Shown one piece after another: positions 29,822 through 39,551 of a DNA stretch of 64,000 nucleotides; position 1 is the stretch's first letter, and each line of letters begins with the position of its first letter. Below the pieces are notes generated by a model. It was not told the origin of the DNA, did no database searches, and worked only from the letters and a program-made list of their open reading frames with translations. The stretch is from the NCBI GenBank assembly GCA_965214605.1, contig OZ243961.1, positions 448,001 through 512,000 of the forward strand. The letters are read 5' to 3'. This DNA is from an uncultured Candidatus Binatia bacterium. Its GTDB lineage: Bacteria > Desulfobacterota > Binatia > Bin18. Made by a program: the position numbers and the translations under genes.

Positions 29822-30130
29822 CTATAATTTCTTCGCCAAGTAAAAACGTATGGACTCGCTGCTAGTTTCGATCTGACCGGCAAAAGAGCTGAGTACAGTT
29901 TCCAGCTCTTGCATCTGAAAGGGTCGCCCCAAACAGGCTTCCAGCGTCTTGCGACGAATGATGCATTCATCCTGTGTCTCAACCCGGATATAAGCCGTGT
30001 GATCCTCAATACTGATCTCTTGGTCAGGATTATCCTGATAGATGGCCTCAACGGCTGCGTCAGCGATCTCCCCAGCGCTCAGGACCGGGCCAACCGTATT
30101 CCTGCCCTCCGTACCCATAAGACGGCTCAC
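29822..30130 (-). CDS. tmoD: Diiron monooxygenase effector protein (TmoD/MmoB family)
   Basis: NTVGPVL, DNPDQEI, AYIRV, LSSFAGQI. Confidence 0.92.
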   Translation of the reverse strand: MSRLMGTEGRNTVGPVLSAGEIADAAVEAIYQDNPDQEISIEDHTAYIRVETQDECIIRRKTLEACLGRPFQMQELETVLSSFAGQIETSSESIRFYLAKKL

Positions 30131-30465
30131 ACCCCAACCCGCCGGGGCTCAACACCGGCAACATCAACATAGACCTCGTCACCCTCAATCTTGACCGGAT
30201 AGCGTGCTAGCCCGCAGTCATCGGGATTGATGCCTCTCCCGGTGGTCACATCGAACTCCCAGCGGTGCGAGTTGCAGATGAGCACCCGCCGTCCGTCGAA
30301 CTCACCGGCAGAGAGTGGGAAACTCTGGTGCGGACACTCGCCCTGTATAGCGATCAGCTCACCATCCCTAGGATAGACAAGGACAATGGTTTGTCCGTCG
30401 ACCTCGAACTCGGCGAGGTCGCCCTCCCAGACCTCGTCCACACGACACACCCGGATAAACGCCAT
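30127..30465 (-). CDS. tmoC: Rieske ferredoxin of a toluene-type monooxygenase
   Basis: CPH...CNSH Rieske ligands, VWEG, GRGINP..C.LARYPVK. Confidence 0.92.
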   Translation of the reverse strand: MAFIRVCRVDEVWEGDLAEFEVDGQTIVLVYPRDGELIAIQGECPHQSFPLSAGEFDGRRVLICNSHRWEFDVTTGRGINPDDCGLARYPVKIEGDEVYVDVAGVEPRRVGV

Positions 30466-30481
30466 CGTCTTTCGCCCCTCT

Positions 30482-31480
30482 TCAGGACAGCCCAATCTCC
30501 AAATTCGACACAAAAGTGCGGACTGCGCCTTTTGCCGTGTCCGCCGCCTGTGGACTGTCGGGCAATGCTCGGCAGTAGGCCTCAATCGCCCGGTCTGCCG
30601 GTTCGAGCCACTTCTCGACCCAACCATGCATCACCGCGATATTGTTGGGCTGTTGGGCAGCAAACCGCACTAAGGCCGCAGTCCAGGTCCGCGAACGCTG
30701 GACATCACGGTACTCTGAATCGGCAATCAGGCCCAGCAGGCTATCCGCGTGAGCCCGCGCCGTTTCGGCCAGCTGGCCTACCACTGCCTCATCAAGCGCG
30801 GGCTTGGCCACCAGATTCAGCGCCACAAAACTCTCCCCCCAATCGTAGGCAACCAAGAGGTGTTCCATCAGCCGCCGAAACCCCTGCCAGGCTGCGTCAT
30901 TCTCCCAGCGCTGGCGTTCTGCGCTGCCAAAACCCGCATCTGGATAGGTCTGCTTGAGTTCGGCCGTGCGGTAGGCAAGGTGGGACACACACCGCATGGC
31001 ATCAGCAGCCTGGTACAGAGCGCAGTTCCGGATCGTACTAGACGGAACTATCTGGACCAGATAGTGGGAGGCCATCTGCACGGTATGGAAGACGTAGCGG
31101 GCAGGACTGTACAAGCGTGCCAGCACGTCCACCCAGGTCGGATCAAGGGCTGCGTCGTAGTGCCGCTCGTTGTGCTGGTCAAGCAGGCCCTCGACATAGG
31201 TCTCCTGCTGGTCCTGAAGAATATTATACGCCCGATATGTCATCTCATCTGGATCACGAAAAGCCTCCCAGTCACAATCCCGGAAGGGAGAGCCGTGTCG
31301 GTACCGTTTGAACCATTGGGACAGCGGAATGTTGGGGCCAAGCTCAAACGGCGACTCCTCATTCTTGGCGTTGTACATGAGATTGGTCGAGACAATCTCA
31401 TACTCGCTCGGACGCCGCCGGCGGTCGGCCAGATGGCTCCAGGTTCGGAGCGGCTTGAGGGATTCTGATGCCTTACTCAT
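30482..31480 (-). CDS. tmoE: Toluene-type monooxygenase hydroxylase beta subunit
   Basis: LKPLRTWSHL..RRRRPSEYEIVS, FRDPD, WQGFRRLME, YDWGESF. Confidence 0.93.
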   Translation of the reverse strand: MSKASESLKPLRTWSHLADRRRRPSEYEIVSTNLMYNAKNEESPFELGPNIPLSQWFKRYRHGSPFRDCDWEAFRDPDEMTYRAYNILQDQQETYVEGLLDQHNERHYDAALDPTWVDVLARLYSPARYVFHTVQMASHYLVQIVPSSTIRNCALYQAADAMRCVSHLAYRTAELKQTYPDAGFGSAERQRWENDAAWQGFRRLMEHLLVAYDWGESFVALNLVAKPALDEAVVGQLAETARAHADSLLGLIADSEYRDVQRSRTWTAALVRFAAQQPNNIAVMHGWVEKWLEPADRAIEAYCRALPDSPQAADTAKGAVRTFVSNLEIGLS

Positions 31481-31727
31481 AGTACAGTTCAATACTGCTC
31501 AGCGGTCCAAGACCGGCTTGGGCGACGGTCATATCGGGTGGAAACGGCTCGGGGGCCCCAACTGCGCGCACGCGCAGCACCCTGTCAGCCCGTTTGTTTT
31601 TCTCAAAGCCGATGCTCAGGGCCGCCGCCATCTCGCATATCTCGTCCATAGTATTCTCGCTATCCACCACGGACAGATACAGGACGAACTCATCGTGAAG
31701 ATTATGCACGAGCGGAATCTGTGCCAT
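31473..31727 (-). CDS. tmoB: Toluene-type monooxygenase hydroxylase gamma subunit
   Basis: 84 aa; DSENTMDEI and PFPPDMTVAQAGL.P motifs; directly after the alpha subunit. Confidence 0.85.
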   Translation of the reverse strand: MAQIPLVHNLHDEFVLYLSVVDSENTMDEICEMAAALSIGFEKNKRADRVLRVRAVGAPEPFPPDMTVAQAGLGPLSSIELYYE

Positions 31728-31739
31728 GAGCCTCCCCTG

Positions 31740-33257
31740 TCAGGTGGCCCTGGCGCGAGCCTCGCGGTAGGCTTCGATCCAGCTGTGCTTGAGTGCGTCC
31801 CCACCCTGCTCGCCCTGGTGTAAATCGAAGTAGGCGAGCAAACCGTCGAGCGTGGGCGGCTGAATCATACCGGCCATCATACGGTCGGCGACACTCAGAT
31901 GGTCTTGGTAACGGTCAGGGTCTTGCTGAAAAATCCAGCGATCCACCTCAGACCCAAAGTGATAGGTCCGGCCGTTGTGTTCGAACGGATAGTCTTTGAG
32001 CGGCCGCCCGGTTTTGCCCGGAGCCCAGCCTGGCGTTCCAGTCACCGGTACCTGAGACATATTACACAGCGGAATCATGATCGGTAGGACGGTTTCGACC
32101 GGTCCGTCTTTGACAAAGCGCTCAATGATCGGGTCCCAGAAGTGGGTGCCCCAGGTCTCCTCCCAGCCCGGATATTTTTCTTCCAGCCATTCCCGCTCGG
32201 CCGGGCTGACCCCAGGCGGCACGTCCCACCAGACGGACTGGTGAAAGGTCCAGATACCGGCGTGCATACCGTGGTGGCGGGTATTCAGGTCGTTCAGCAT
32301 AATGTCCCAATACCACGGCCGATCCAGACCAATATCAATCAGGGTCCGTTCAAACTGCCCGAAGACCCACTCAAGCATAAATTCCTTAAAGGATTGTTGG
32401 CGGCGATCAAGCGGCGTGTAGTAGTCCATTGACGGACCGGTCACTGTGGCGAACAAGGTCCAAGCCCGCCACATGGCAACATCGACCAAGTGCTGGGCGT
32501 ACTCTTGGTGGCCGTGTTCAATGAGAATTTTCACGGCCGGACCGCCGATCTGGGCGTGGCGTGCCTCGTCGGTCTGGATACTGGAGGCCAGATTTGAAAA
32601 CACCATATCGCCCGCCTTGGCCGCGTCGGCCGCCAAGCCCAAGAACTGGAGGTTTGAAAACCCGGTCTCAAAGGCAAAGGTCAGCATAACCGCCACCCCA
32701 ACCGCGTCGCGTGCCGACATAATATCGTCAAACAGATGGCGGGCCGCCACTACCGCCCATTCGTTGGTATGCATAGACTTAGCCGCCCAATCGAACTGAC
32801 GGCTGCGCTGGACGTGCTCGTGCGGAAAATAGAGCTGAATCTGGCCATGGCGGTTTTCATCTAAGGAGCCAAAGGTCGCCATATTCCGCATGCCGCCGGC
32901 CTTGCCAAAGCGGGCCATGCGCGATTCGGCACCTGACGCCATAGCCTCAAGAATCGCAAACGCCCCGTAGTGGAGTTTCAGGATACTGGTCCAACCCGCC
33001 TCGGCCGTATCCAGAAAATTGGCCCGTTGCAGGGCGGCTTTGACCGCATACACCCCCGCGTCTTTTTCCCGCTGAGTACGCACGTACTCTCGATACCCCA
33101 CCTTATAGGGCTCATCATAGCGGTCCCAGGTCTCAAGCGACAAACCCAACGCGCCGCTCTGCTCCTCGGGAAAGAGGTCGTCTTCGGTAACATAGGTTGG
33201 GCTCCAGTTGGTCGAGCGGGCGATATCGTACCAGTCGGCGCGATTGAGCAGAGCCAT
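31740..33257 (-). CDS. tmoA: Toluene-type (group 1) soluble diiron monooxygenase alpha subunit
   Basis: MALL.R.DWYD.AR.TNW start, two DExRH diiron motifs (DENRH, DEARH), FAFETGF, C-terminal YHS-like region. Confidence 0.95.
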   Translation of the reverse strand: MALLNRADWYDIARSTNWSPTYVTEDDLFPEEQSGALGLSLETWDRYDEPYKVGYREYVRTQREKDAGVYAVKAALQRANFLDTAEAGWTSILKLHYGAFAILEAMASGAESRMARFGKAGGMRNMATFGSLDENRHGQIQLYFPHEHVQRSRQFDWAAKSMHTNEWAVVAARHLFDDIMSARDAVGVAVMLTFAFETGFSNLQFLGLAADAAKAGDMVFSNLASSIQTDEARHAQIGGPAVKILIEHGHQEYAQHLVDVAMWRAWTLFATVTGPSMDYYTPLDRRQQSFKEFMLEWVFGQFERTLIDIGLDRPWYWDIMLNDLNTRHHGMHAGIWTFHQSVWWDVPPGVSPAEREWLEEKYPGWEETWGTHFWDPIIERFVKDGPVETVLPIMIPLCNMSQVPVTGTPGWAPGKTGRPLKDYPFEHNGRTYHFGSEVDRWIFQQDPDRYQDHLSVADRMMAGMIQPPTLDGLLAYFDLHQGEQGGDALKHSWIEAYREARARAT

Positions 33258-33512
33258 GGGATACTCCTTTTGGTCGGGTAGTGATGAGGCCGCCCGCTGA
33301 GCCTAACATTTCTTCTTCCGCTTCGACCCGGTTTGTCCTTGCCAAAAACGAGCTCGGGCTCGGGAAACACTAAGCCATTTCGCCGCACGGAGCAACATGC
33401 CGACTGCACCAGGATCACGATTTTTGACCAGCTCATAAGACGAGCAATCCACTGCTCTCGAAATAGGCCGGTGCACACGCTACTCTAGTGCGTAAAGACA
33501 TCGGAGGAAAAT

Positions 33513-34022
33513 ATGTCGGGAGACAACGCCGCGCTCCAGGAGTTACTCGATAAACAGGCCTGCCAAGAGGTCTTAACCCGCTATGCCCGGGCTCTTGATT
33601 GGGTTGATGAAGAAGCATTAAAAACCGTTTTTTTCCCGGACGCAGAGATAGACTATGGATTTTTTACCGGCCGTGGGGACGAGTTCATTCCGGTCGTGAT
33701 TGAGCTGGAACGGGGGTTTTTGCGTCGCTGGCATCATAACGGTCCTGCCCTCATCAAGCTCAGCGGCGATGTGGCCGAAGCCGAGAGCTATGGTCTGGCC
33801 GCGGCTGTATCGGAGCAAGACGGCCAGACGGTCACCAGCGTCTTTGGCGGACGCTACTTTGACCGTTTGGAGCGCCGTGACGGGCAGTGGAGTATTGCCA
33901 AACGGAGGTACCTCTTAGACTGGCATCGCTCCTTTGAGATGGATACGGCAACCGAAGCCGTTCCAGGCCTCAACTGGCTCGACGGAGCGAGTCCGGACCA
34001 TCCGATGTACCGCCGCCTGTAG
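33513..34022 (+). CDS. SnoaL/NTF2-like protein
   Basis: RYARALDW, AEAESY, GGRYFDRLERRDGQW. Confidence 0.85.
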   Translation: MSGDNAALQELLDKQACQEVLTRYARALDWVDEEALKTVFFPDAEIDYGFFTGRGDEFIPVVIELERGFLRRWHHNGPALIKLSGDVAEAESYGLAAAVSEQDGQTVTSVFGGRYFDRLERRDGQWSIAKRRYLLDWHRSFEMDTATEAVPGLNWLDGASPDHPMYRRL

Positions 34023-34311
34023 GAGCAAGCCATGGCGCTCTATCGCGCGCGTTGTGGTGGATGAAATCTCCTCCGGAATTAGGACGATGCCCGCAATTGT
34101 CTCGGACTGCTCTGTGGCTTCGTCGGACGATCGAGGGGTCCGATTCGGTCGGGCGAGCCGTTCGCAGAACACAGCTGTATTATCAATCCAATTGGCCAGA
34201 CCGTGGTCGTGACCTTGTTTTTCAGCCGGGCGGCCGTCCTGTGATACCGACTGTGTCAGTGGTCCACAGCAACACTATCCGTGGAATGGGTTGACTGGCG
34301 GGGCAGCGGTG

Positions 34312-34770
34312 TCATGGGCTGTCAAGCTGTGGAGTCACCCGCACCGCAACGATCTTGCCGGCCTGCACTCGGTCGGCTACAGGCCTTGCCCAATAGGCCA
34401 GCCACGCCATCCAATATTTTCGCTCGTACTCAGCGTTGATCCGGTCTAAAATCAGCCTATCGGTCACGATATGTGTCTCTCCAATAAAGGCCGGATCGGC
34501 CGTGTCGTTCAGCCGCACCTGGACCAGACTCCCCCGGCGGATACGTCGGGCTTTATACGAGCTTGGCGCGGTATGGAAATAGAGGTCTTTCCCGTCATAC
34601 ATGAACCAGACCGGAGCCGCCCTGCCCCACTCGCCGTTTGCGCGCTGGGTCGCTATGGATATCAGTTTTTGCGTTTCCAGAGCCGTTTTCACCGAGTCGT
34701 TCAACTGGTCTACCCCATAAGCGATGCTCCACACACCGAGGGTTAGTAGGATAGCGAGAAGAATAGGCAT
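34312..34770 (-). CDS. Pyridoxamine-5'-phosphate-oxidase-like split-barrel protein with signal peptide
   Basis: IAT.RANG...APVWF...LYFHT...KARRI motif. Confidence 0.75.
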   Translation of the reverse strand: MPILLAILLTLGVWSIAYGVDQLNDSVKTALETQKLISIATQRANGEWGRAAPVWFMYDGKDLYFHTAPSSYKARRIRRGSLVQVRLNDTADPAFIGETHIVTDRLILDRINAEYERKYWMAWLAYWARPVADRVQAGKIVAVRVTPQLDSP

Positions 34771-34817
34771 AAGAAGTGTCTCTCCATCTGTCAGGAGCGG
34801 CTGCGTTGGCTGCGCGC

Positions 34818-35576
34818 TTAGGTCCGTAAATATGACGCCCCGTTCACATCAATGATACTGCCGGTGGCAAAGTCGGCCTGACCAGAAGCCAGAAAAGCGA
34901 CAATCGCAGCCACTTCCTCGGGCTTGCCCACCCGGTTCAACGGACTCTGGGCTCGAATGGCATCCCCGCGCGAACTGGCCAGAATCGAGGCCGACATATC
35001 GGTCTCGACAAAGCCGGGCGCCACCACGTACACAAAGATATTATCCGGCGCCAAAGCTTGGGCCAGCGACTGACTCATAATGTTGAGGGCGGCTTTGCTG
35101 GAGGCGTAGGCGGGTGATTTGGGCGCGCCCCGGAAGGCGCCCCGAGACGAAACATTCACAATATGTCCCCCGCCGTTGTCCTTCATGTGGCGGGCCGCCC
35201 AGAACATCACGTTGGACGGTCCAATCAGATTGGTATCCAGAGTGCGCCGCCAGACATCGTTCCACCCCTCGTAGTCGACCCGTAGAATGGGCTGCCACTC
35301 GTTGATCGCGGCATTGTTAACCACGACATGCAGGCCGTCCATGTGGGCGGTAATGGCACCAACCATTTCCTCGATCGCCTGCGGCTCCGTCAGATTAGCC
35401 TGGAAGATCTGGTGCGGCCCACCGCTCAGAGCCTCTAGGGTCTCCTCAGCTGCTGATCGGTCTTGATTATAATGAATCGCGATCCGCCCGCCCTGCTGAG
35501 CGAGCTGCCGGGCAATGGCGCGGCCGATGCCACGGGACGCGCCGGTGACTAGGGCGACTTTGTTTGTCACGCTCAT
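34818..35576 (-). CDS. Short-chain dehydrogenase/reductase
   Basis: TGASRGIG, NNAA, YASSK, APGFVET. Confidence 0.93.
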   Translation of the reverse strand: MSVTNKVALVTGASRGIGRAIARQLAQQGGRIAIHYNQDRSAAEETLEALSGGPHQIFQANLTEPQAIEEMVGAITAHMDGLHVVVNNAAINEWQPILRVDYEGWNDVWRRTLDTNLIGPSNVMFWAARHMKDNGGGHIVNVSSRGAFRGAPKSPAYASSKAALNIMSQSLAQALAPDNIFVYVVAPGFVETDMSASILASSRGDAIRAQSPLNRVGKPEEVAAIVAFLASGQADFATGSIIDVNGASYLRT

Positions 35577-35677
35577 GAATACGCCTCCGCTTGGTTCTTG
35601 GTCCAAAGACGACCGTAGATTCAAGAAGAATTGAATGATATGGCAGCCGTATAAACAGTGTGGGAGGAGCAGAGCAT

Positions 35678-36166
35678 ATGCAGATGACGCATCATTCGAC
35701 AATCGTCCTCAGTCTCGCCTTTTTGATGTTGTGTTTGTCGCCGCTCGCGCACGGGGCGGACGACGACCTCGCAGCTCTCAAAGCAAACTTTGAGGCGGAA
35801 ATGGCAGCTCTCAATAACAGCGACCTGGCCGCGACGCTAGCTGAGACCCACGATGATATCGTTCTGTTCGGGATCTTCTCACCTTTTCCTTCAGATGGCA
35901 AGAAAGAGTTTAAGCAAGCGGTCGAATCGTACTTCGGCAGCTATGCCAAGGCCGAATTTACCCCTGTCTCGCCGCAGTTTCGTATTGTTGGTAGAACCGC
36001 AGTCGCCTGGGGCCACTACCAGTTAGCCGCCACCCCCAAGGGGGGGGAACAGCCGTCCTACTCACACGGTCGCTATATCTTTACTCATGTCAAGATCGAC
36101 GACAAATGGCTCATTCTGAGCATGCATATCTCACCGCTTGAACCGTACAGACAGCCCCCGTTCTAA
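35678..36166 (+). CDS. Secreted NTF2-like (DUF4440/SnoaL) protein
   Basis: Signal peptide ending AHG-A; GRYIFT....KWLI..MHIS C-terminal motif. Confidence 0.75.
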   Translation: MQMTHHSTIVLSLAFLMLCLSPLAHGADDDLAALKANFEAEMAALNNSDLAATLAETHDDIVLFGIFSPFPSDGKKEFKQAVESYFGSYAKAEFTPVSPQFRIVGRTAVAWGHYQLAATPKGGEQPSYSHGRYIFTHVKIDDKWLILSMHISPLEPYRQPPF

Positions 36167-37257
36167 ACTCCGGCCGCCTGTGGCTGGGCGCGCCGATCAG
36201 ACTCAGCCACCAGAGCCCGGATGTGGGGAATCAGCTCCCTACCAAATTCTTCGGCATCCTTTAACGGATCAAAACCCCGAATTAATACGCCATCAACGCC
36301 GAGAGCATAATAGCCTACGATCGCTTCGGCGACTTGCTCAGGGGTGCCGACCAGGGCCGTGGTGTTGCCGCTCGCTCCGGACACCTCGACCAATCCGGTC
36401 CACAGCCGCTCGTCGTAGACCTCGCCCTCATTGGCAAGATGCATCAGGCGACGGCTAAACTCGGCCTCAACCGCAACCGACAGTTTCTGGGGTGACCGTT
36501 CTAGTTGGGCCAGAATGCCTCGGGCCTTGTCCCAAGCGGCCCCTTCGGTCGGGGCAATGATCGGACGAAAGGAGATGTTAAAACGGGGCCGGCGTGTATA
36601 CTGCGCGGCTTGATCAGTGATACGGTCTATCATCACCCGCACCGCGGCGCGCGGTTCGCCAAACAGCGCATACACATCACTGTGCTTTGCGCCGACCCGG
36701 ATAGCAGCGTCCGATGCACCACCGAAATAGATTGGTGGGTGGGGCTGCTGGAAAGGGTGCACTTCGGAAAAGGCTTTTTTCAGGCGATAGAAACGTCCCT
36801 CAAAGCTAAACGGTCTGTCTGAGGTCCAGACCTTGCGCAAGATTTCGAGATACTCATCACTACGGGAATAGCGTTCATCGTGGCCGAGCCAGTCGCCGTC
36901 ACGGCGCTGTTCCTTGTCCGCTCCTCCAGAAATGATGTGGAGCCATAGCCGTCCATCGGTCAGGTTATCAAACGTTGCTGCGGTACGAGCGGCCAGGGTC
37001 GGCATGACAAAACCCGGCCGATGGGCAATCAGGAACTTCAAGCGCTCGGTATGGGCGGCGGCGTACTGGGCAATCTGGAATCCTTCTGCCGAAGAAGACG
37101 TGTAGCCGACCAGCACCGCATCAAAGCCGGCGGCCTCGTGGACCTGTGAGAAGCGGCGTACATAGTCCCGATCAACCCCACCCCCAATGACGTGTACGGT
37201 TGCTCCACCAGCCGGCGGAGCAACGCCTATCATCCCCAAAATATTCATCGGCATCAT
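36163..37257 (-). CDS. LLM class flavin-dependent monooxygenase (SsuD/MsuD-like)
   Basis: LIAHRPG, EQRRDGD...HDERY, IYFGGASDAA, GNTTALVGTPEQVAE. Confidence 0.9.
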   Translation of the reverse strand: MMPMNILGMIGVAPPAGGATVHVIGGGVDRDYVRRFSQVHEAAGFDAVLVGYTSSSAEGFQIAQYAAAHTERLKFLIAHRPGFVMPTLAARTAATFDNLTDGRLWLHIISGGADKEQRRDGDWLGHDERYSRSDEYLEILRKVWTSDRPFSFEGRFYRLKKAFSEVHPFQQPHPPIYFGGASDAAIRVGAKHSDVYALFGEPRAAVRVMIDRITDQAAQYTRRPRFNISFRPIIAPTEGAAWDKARGILAQLERSPQKLSVAVEAEFSRRLMHLANEGEVYDERLWTGLVEVSGASGNTTALVGTPEQVAEAIVGYYALGVDGVLIRGFDPLKDAEEFGRELIPHIRALVAESDRRAQPQAAGV

Positions 37258-37296
37258 CTCTCTCCAAGCTCACTCACAGCATACGAGAGTGTTCCA

Positions 37297-38202
37297 CTAG
37301 GGGAGTTCAAACTGGAAGGCGTCTGGACGGATGGTCAGTACCGGACAGCAGGCGGTCCGGACGACTTCCTCAGTCACCCCGCCTAGTAACATATGCGCCA
37401 GCCCGGTCCGCCCGTGGGTACCGATCACAAGCAGATCAGCCTGCTGCTCCTCAGCCTGCTGAATAATCGTGCTGGCGGCCAAACCGGTGATGGTCCGACG
37501 CTCCCAGGTAATCTGCTGGAGAAAGGGCAAACCGGACAAAAATTCTTGCCACTCGAGTTCGAGATCTTGAGCCTCAACAACCGGCAGCGGAGGCAGCGCG
37601 GGCATGTCGGCTCCGGTGGTAGCGGGATAGATGTTTAATACATCAATAGCGTGCAGGAAAATCACCCGAGCGCCAAAGCTAGCGGCTAGGGTCAGGGCTT
37701 CCTCAGCCGCTTTTCTGGCGCCGATGGAGAAATCGGTGGGCACTAACAGCGTTTTAGCCTCAGTGCTAAACGGCGTTTTGGCAATCAGGACAGGCACCAT
37801 GGCTTTGCGTACTACCCGCTCACTAGTCCGTCCTAGCCCCTGCTCTTCCCCCCGTTCATTCCCGCCCACCACAATCAGATCGGCGTTCCAGGCCCGACGG
37901 GCCACAATCAGCTCGACAAACGGCTTACCGGTATGGACTTCATAGTCGACCGACAAATTTTCCAGCGAACTCCTCGAAGCAATCGTTTCAAGCGTGCTCC
38001 CGGCCCGTTGAGCGAGCTCTTCGGGTGAGTAGGGAGAGGTCAGAGGGTGGGAGAGGCGTTGATAGAAATGGAGCGCCTCAATCACATGGACGAGGCGCAA
38101 CGCGGCCCCGGAGCGGGCGGCAAAAGCGGCGGCCGCCTGCACGGCAATCTCTCCGCCGGTTCTGAAGTCGTGCCCCACAAGGATGCGGTGGAGTTGTTGC
38201 AT
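37297..38202 (-). CDS. Tandem-domain universal stress protein
   Basis: Two USP domains (ILVGHDF...DLIVVG; LVPTDFS...GTHGRTG...LGGVTE). Confidence 0.92.
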   Translation of the reverse strand: MQQLHRILVGHDFRTGGEIAVQAAAAFAARSGAALRLVHVIEALHFYQRLSHPLTSPYSPEELAQRAGSTLETIASRSSLENLSVDYEVHTGKPFVELIVARRAWNADLIVVGGNERGEEQGLGRTSERVVRKAMVPVLIAKTPFSTEAKTLLVPTDFSIGARKAAEEALTLAASFGARVIFLHAIDVLNIYPATTGADMPALPPLPVVEAQDLELEWQEFLSGLPFLQQITWERRTITGLAASTIIQQAEEQQADLLVIGTHGRTGLAHMLLGGVTEEVVRTACCPVLTIRPDAFQFELP

Positions 38203-38498
38203 GGTAGCTCTCCTGTTTCTGCTTCCTGTCAGTGTCACCGATACAGCGTGGAAAAATCATAACACAAAAGGAGTCGTATAGTGATATTGGCCATAAGCCG
38301 CAGTCGGGTCTGTTCATCTGCGTCCGTGGTATTGAGACTCGTGACCGCCCCTCTCTCAGAGCCGTACCCCGCCACTGTCCTCATTTTGCAACGAGAACGC
38401 GTGTCCGTATCCTACACAGACAAGCCATTTTGGACTCAAATACGACCAAACCGGTGCGTGGATGCGGACTTTCGCCTGGTCCTGTGCGATGCCGATTT

Positions 38499-38514
38499 TG
38501 GCACGTCCTTTGCA
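38499..38514 (+). promoter_or_regulatory. Sigma-54 (-24/-12) promoter
   Basis: TGGCAC-GTCCT-TTGCA, a consensus match ending 27 bp before ATG 38542. Confidence 0.85.
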
Positions 38515-38541
38515 CCTTTTTGAGACAGAGGAGGAAGGTCT

Positions 38542-38970
38542 ATGAAACAGCGTATCTATTTGTTCGTCCTTGTTCTCGGCCTCGTCACGTGCTGGGCTGG
38601 CTCAGCACACGCTCGGTTTTCCTACCCTGATGCCCCTCCCTATGTGCGTTTGTCTGGGGTAGTACTGCCGCTCGGCTCCCAAGACAGTGCTGAGCTTCGC
38701 AGCCTCACCGTGTTTATCTACGGGCAACTGTGGCGTTTTCGGCTCGACGCGGCAGAAGAGGTGACAAATGGCAACCATACCCAGCTCCACCTGCGTGATT
38801 TCATGTGGTGCTCAATCCGTCTGTATGGCTCTGAGGACCTGCTTGCTCCACTTCAGCAGCCCGAGATTACCGGCAAGCACCTGACGATTGAGGGACACCT
38901 GTATTCCAAAGAACGCCGACTGTTGGTGACTGCCATGGAGGCGACCCCAACAGTCGCCCGAGCGCACTGA
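38542..38970 (+). CDS. Secreted hypothetical protein
   Basis: Strong RBS GAGGAGG, signal peptide ending AHA, sigma-54 promoter upstream. Confidence 0.75.
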   Translation: MKQRIYLFVLVLGLVTCWAGSAHARFSYPDAPPYVRLSGVVLPLGSQDSAELRSLTVFIYGQLWRFRLDAAEEVTNGNHTQLHLRDFMWCSIRLYGSEDLLAPLQQPEITGKHLTIEGHLYSKERRLLVTAMEATPTVARAH

Positions 38971-39130
38971 GTCTCGCCGGTCTTCCATCGGACTCGAGGC
39001 ACCCCTCTCCATTTGGACGATTATTAGACGAAGGAACTCTACTGGAGTATGATCCGGCTTATACGCTAAGCCTGGTGGGGCCTCCTAGCGTCTAGTGAGG
39101 GAGGAAGAACCAGTTGGAGAGGAGTGAGAG

Positions 39131-39535
39131 ATGAAAGGACACGCCCGTCAACTCATGACCGCTCAGGTGGCGACGGCTTCACCTGAGACAACCTTGGCTG
39201 AGGCAGCTCGTGAGCTGGCCAGCGTCATGATCAGCGGTTTGCCGGTTGTAGATGGCTCGGGCCAAGTCGTGGGAATCATCACCGAGAGCGATCTGCTGAG
39301 CGCTCTGCTCCGATCGGAGTCAGCCGAGACACCGGTTCGCACCCTGATGACCCGGTCAGTTGTCACGGTCGATGAGTTTGCCTCGGCTGACAGCGTTGTC
39401 CGCCTCCTACGTCTCAAGCAGCTCCACCATCTGCCCGTCACCCGTCAAGGAAGTGTGGTGGGCTTAATCACCCCTCAAGACGTGATTCACTACGTTGTGA
39501 CTCACGAGCTGCCGCTGCCGCCCGACGTCGCCTGA
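39131..39535 (+). CDS. CBS-domain protein
   Basis: CBS pair (LPVVD..G.VVGIITESDL; LPV...VVGLIT..D). Confidence 0.9.
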   Translation: MKGHARQLMTAQVATASPETTLAEAARELASVMISGLPVVDGSGQVVGIITESDLLSALLRSESAETPVRTLMTRSVVTVDEFASADSVVRLLRLKQLHHLPVTRQGSVVGLITPQDVIHYVVTHELPLPPDVA

Positions 39536-39551
39536 GCTGTGCTGAGTCTGA

